A stretch of 63,064 nucleotides of DNA, the filler included, from Perkinsus chesapeaki ATCC PRA-425 (lineage: Eukaryota > Protista > Perkinsozoa), in the NCBI GenBank assembly GCA_013115145.1. It is 13 parts of 13 records of this genome, joined end to end, with 100 filler letters (N's around TTAATTAATTAA, not from the genome) between each part and the next. Parts side by side here need not be neighbours in the genome. Positions count along the whole stretch, not along the records: positions 58,892 to 63,064 come from JAAPAO010001303.1; 12 more parts are not named here. One strand, written 5' to 3'. The notes beneath the pieces are model-generated. The model was not told the DNA's origin. It worked only from the letters and a program-made list of their open reading frames with translations, and ran no database searches. Shown piece after piece: positions 59,371 through 63,064 of this stretch (positions within the stretch are counted from its first letter, which is position 1; each line of letters begins with the position of its first letter). The translations under genes and the position numbers were made by a program.

Positions 59371-60397
59371 GGAATCCGAGAAAAAAGGCTGTATCAACAG
59401 CATGATACCGAACAGCTATTGGTGGTAGCACTTCGCCGAAGCGGGCTTCGGTTTAGCTGAAGGCCAACGCGCGCGCGTTATCACGCTTGCTTTTAGCCGG
59501 AAAACAAGTAGACTACAATACACAAACTCCTATCATGTGGAACTGCTGACTGAATGTGTACTGTAAATATGCAGAAGTCCTTCGCTGGGTATTCGTGATA
59601 CCAATAATATCAACTAAGCATCCTCTAGCTACCAGCACTTCAGGTAACACAGTGCGTTAAACGCACCAGCATTCACTGTAATCACACTGACACTTTACCC
59701 CTCTTAACTTGCATATCGCACATGTCATAGTACCAGCCAGACTCCTTAAGTGAGAAGGCTTGCTCTGAACATGGTCTGAAGTAGTGAGGGTGATGATGGT
59801 GCAGATGAGTAGGATGATGTATTTGAGCATTATCACCAGAAAAAGAGTTTAAACCTATTACTGCAGACTCAATGCGGATATCAACGAGGTTTGTGTGAGC
59901 ATATGATGAGAATGTACAATGCTTGGGGAAATGCCACGTCACATTACGTGATGTCGTGGAGGCCTCACGAAGTCACGTCATGTGACGACTCCACAATAAC
60001 GCGACGTTTCGCGGTGAAACTATTCTCTCCCATTGCGCAGAGTGTCTATTGCCCTACTTCCGTTTGTTAAGGACCTCGAGATCGCGTGTGTATGACAGTG
60101 TATGGCCCAGCGCCTGCTGTCTACCCCTTACTCCCCTGTTTGTTGAAGACCTCGAGATAGCGAGCTTGGCTTCGAGAATTCTAGGGGCCGAACTGGGTCT
60201 GTAGTGGCCTCTCTTTTATTGTTATTTTTTTGTCGAAGTCTCGTTTATTCGAAGCCCCGATTTCTCGAGCGGTGCTAGTCGCCTACAGCAGCGGTGCGCC
60301 GCGCCACGGCCGCTCTGCCCTTAGCTTAGGCAAAGCGCTTGAGAACGCCTTTCATGATTCATGATGCATTCGTAGACACTCTGCATGTTATCCATAC

Positions 60398-60448
60398 TCG
60401 GTTTGGTCATTATTACTCCTATAATAGGAGTAATAATGACCAAACCGA
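60398..60448. repeat. Perfect 51-bp palindrome (25-bp arms, 1-nt centre)
   Basis: tcggtttggtcattattactcctat-a-ataggagtaataatgaccaaaccga. Confidence 0.95.
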
Positions 60449-60485
60449 ATAATAGGAGTCCTATTTCCTAACCAGCAAGCCAAGT

Positions 60486-61022
60486 GGGATGTTAATGATT
60501 GGTACACATAAAACACGTACACTTAATGTTCAATCTCCATAAATCACGTTCATACTCAACTCGATTGCTTGAAACACGTACACAGTCAGCTCGTTCGCTC
60601 CTATTCAGATCATCGGCAGTTCGATCACCAAAAGAACGTTCACTATTATCTCGTATCCATAAGCTCGGTACACTTGCATTCAGTACACTAAAGGTTCGTA
60701 CACTTTCATTCCGTTCACCCCCATTCCATACACCGAAATCTCAATCCAAATTTTTTTCATACACGCATATCTCGTACACTTTCATCTCGTATACTTCAAA
60801 AATTTTAAAAGCGAGTTGATGCGGCCGCATCAACTGGCTTTTAAAATGGCGAGAACTCGTACACTTCGCAGTCATGCAACCCTCATCTTGAGTTTTCGGA
60901 AAACTCACAAACAGTTTTAAACAGTTTTCCTAGCTTTTACAGATTCTAAGGTTTCACGGCTGTTATGGTGGCGGTGTCAGAGGGTGTATCATGTCTCGTA
61001 CACCGAAAACTCGTACACTTTC
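60486..61022 (+). repeat. Region rich in (C)GTACAC motifs with two diverged versions of the GGGTGTAT terminus (60486 and 60982)
   Basis: gggatgttaatgattggtacacataa at 60486 resembles the 10044 terminus. About a dozen gtacac/atacac motifs, all in one orientation. gggtgtat..gtacac..cgtacac at 60982. Confidence 0.55.
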
Positions 61023-61982
61023 ACCAGGACTCCCAATATGGGAAGTACCTGTCGGCCTCCTCGTACTGCAAGTAAGGTAGATCTATATAGGGAAAGGATA
61101 CTATTTAGTTGCACTAGCGTTGTCTTATATCCGGCCTTACTTCACGATATCGCAAGCTATTCAAGGCAATGGTGTCGTTTTAATATGTAGAATTCTATCA
61201 TCGTTTCAAACAACGGCGTCTCTCTAGTACTGCTTTCGCCTAAGTCTATCGCTCCGTTGTACGCTGATCCACCCTAACTCAGGCACATCAGGACGATGAC
61301 TGGCATCCAAATAGATGGATGGGTGCAGCTCCCAACTAACGCCGATGAGTACACCATCAAGAGAGCCCTCGTTAACAACGGACTCCTTGCAATTTCATTT
61401 CACGTCACTGACCAAGTACGCCAAACAGAAGTGTGATTTGTGTTCATCTGTCTCCTTCTGTCAGACCACGTTTTATCGCAGCGGTGTTATCAACGATCCG
61501 CAATGCGAAGGTGTACAGGACAGTGTCCTGAGGACACCGATCATGCGGTATGTCCAGATTGTGGCGGCTGTCCCCTCAGTGGTCTTAGGTCAACCTGGTT
61601 ATAAAGCCTATTAGGAATTAATTAATAATTGGGCCTATTATTGAGCCTGCTGATCCGATTAGCCGGTCTCTAGCCCATATTCGTTATTTATGACGATTTC
61701 TCGTATTCCACAATGATCCGATGTTTGTAGCACCGGGTGTGCTATTATACAGAAGCACTGCTATACGGCGAGCCAGCTTGTCGCTAGACAAGTTACGAAT
61801 AACTTACGATTATTCCAACACAACAGATGACAATAGAGTCGGATCTGACTGAGACAAGTCAGTCTAAGACAAGTCTTACTAAGATAAGTCACTTCTTCAA
61901 CAAGTGATTCGATCAGCTTTTATCTGGCTCTTCAACTGACTACGTCAGTCTGACATGACGATACTGGATGAGAGAAATCATA

Positions 61983-63064
61983 TCATTGGTAGTTTGCAAT
62001 CTTCAACTTGGCATCACCGAGGTCAGCGCCCAGGAAGTAGGATGAGAAAAAGGGTTTACCAAGGATGATATCTTCACCTATGTGCATGATCCTCAAAATG
62101 CACCACTGACCATCACAACTAAAAATATAATCTTTCGGAAGTATTTTCACCTCAAATGGTTTATCCTTTACTCCCAATGAAAAGGTTAAAGCTGGGAGGT
62201 ATTGGAGGGCAGAAATTTCCTGGGTTTCAAACCCAACACATAATACACCGTTCATCACCTTGGCACTTACAGTGCGTCCAGAGTCCCGTGAGGCGATGTT
62301 GATTAGCTTATCTTTAACGTCCATGAAGATGTATTCAGGGAATACTAATGTTGCAGTCCCAGTATCGAAGAGAATCAAGTTATCAAGTGGGTGCACAAAA
62401 GCCTCATGTTTTGTCGAGCTTACCAACCCATAAGAAAATATTGCAGAACTGGGCAACTGGATTGCCATTGGCTGTTGGATGGAGCATGCGCCTTGTGAGC
62501 TTCCCAATACTAGTTGTCCGGCGAATACCAAAGGTGGAGTGGGAGAGCAAATCTGGAAAGCGAACTCCGGGACGAGTTTCCTAGCATAAAGCTGATGAAG
62601 GATAGTATAGTGGCCATCAATAGTATCATAACCAATACCGAACAGTGAATCTGGGAATGGATCGGAGCTTCTATGGTCCGGAATGAAATTTAAAACTAAG
62701 CCGAACTCAATGTCCCCAACCATCTTTCCATTTACTGATAAAGCGCCTTTGTGATATACCATAGAATACTCAGAACCATCTTCGAAGCTTCTAACGAACA
62801 CTTCCTTTGCGTAAGGGTCGCACTTAGAAGGACATGAATAGCACCCAGAAGGAAGTGTCTTGCAGGCGCCCTTTCCATATGTATCTTCATACCAATCTTT
62901 GTACACAACTAACGTATGCGGCGACCCGGTGTCAACGGCCAGTTGGAGAGGATTCCCGTCGATGTTTATTGCAATCTTGCCGTCCGCTAACGGGTGAAAG
63001 TACTTTTGCAGGGCAGAAGAGACTAATAAAGGGCAGTAAAGTTCGCTCGCCGGTACTAGGACAA
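61983..63064 (-). CDS. Pepsin-family (A1) aspartic protease, 5' end beyond the window or unresolved
   Basis: Both catalytic motifs are present: QLAVDTGSP (about 62925, upstream of the ORF-track start) and ILFDTGTA. Also SLFGIGY and IILGKPFF. Confidence 0.9.
   Translation of the reverse strand, partial: VLVPASELYCPLLVSSALQKYFHPLADGKIAINIDGNPLQLAVDTGSPHTLVVYKDWYEDTYGKGACKTLPSGCYSCPSKCDPYAKEVFVRSFEDGSEYSMVYHKGALSVNGKMVGDIEFGLVLNFIPDHRSSDPFPDSLFGIGYDTIDGHYTILHQLYARKLVPEFAFQICSPTPPLVFAGQLVLGSSQGACSIQQPMAIQLPSSAIFSYGLVSSTKHEAFVHPLDNLILFDTGTATLVFPEYIFMDVKDKLINIASRDSGRTVSAKVMNGVLCVGFETQEISALQYLPALTFSLGVKDKPFEVKILPKDYIFSCDGQWCILRIMHIGEDIILGKPFFSSYFLGADLGDAKLKIANYQ

Noticed and set aside
60499-60819. 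106-aa Ser/Thr/His-rich ORF
   Set aside because: It is a by-product of the GTACAC motif repeats and has no protein-like features.
61315-61614. ORF with CDLC and FYRSGVINDPQCE, reminiscent of a non-LTR retrotransposon C-terminal knuckle
   Set aside because: The HxxxxC part is missing and there is no adjacent RT sequence. Too weak to call.

Overview
Eukaryotic protist DNA, not a prokaryotic window. It is 13 short unordered contigs joined by 12 artificial 100-nt linkers (N44-TTAATTAATTAA-N44), so adjacency across linkers means nothing. Short GT-AG introns, same-strand gene clusters and the repeat content suggest Perkinsus or a close alveolate relative (inference). Host genes: short RPA1-like OB-fold gene, a large class II-type histone deacetylase, RPS20, STT3, phospholipase B-like protein, F-box-like proteins, DnaJ, GH2 beta-mannosidase, AGXT2-like aminotransferase, two tandem DGAT2-family genes, a pepsin-type aspartic protease, tRNA-Leu(CAA) and several small secreted or membrane proteins. 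Mobile DNA: a Dada-type DDE transposon bracketed by tRNA-Pro sequence, a Ty3/Gypsy fragment, two DIRS-type tyrosine-recombinase retroelements, a hAT-like remnant and an unclassified GGGTGTAT/GTACAC repeat that interrupts two other elements. Top candidates for novelty: (1) an HDAC with all catalytic motifs intact and a complete PHD finger plus acidic tract spliced into the loop between the His-His motif and the GFC motif; (2) a Dada element next to a tRNA-Pro whose mispairs could be explained by a transposon-supplied 5' half; (3) very dense near-perfect short palindromes in non-coding DNA; (4) a defensin-like 8-Cys secreted peptide; (5) an F-box/Yippee fusion. All exon structures were inferred by eye and no database searches were run.
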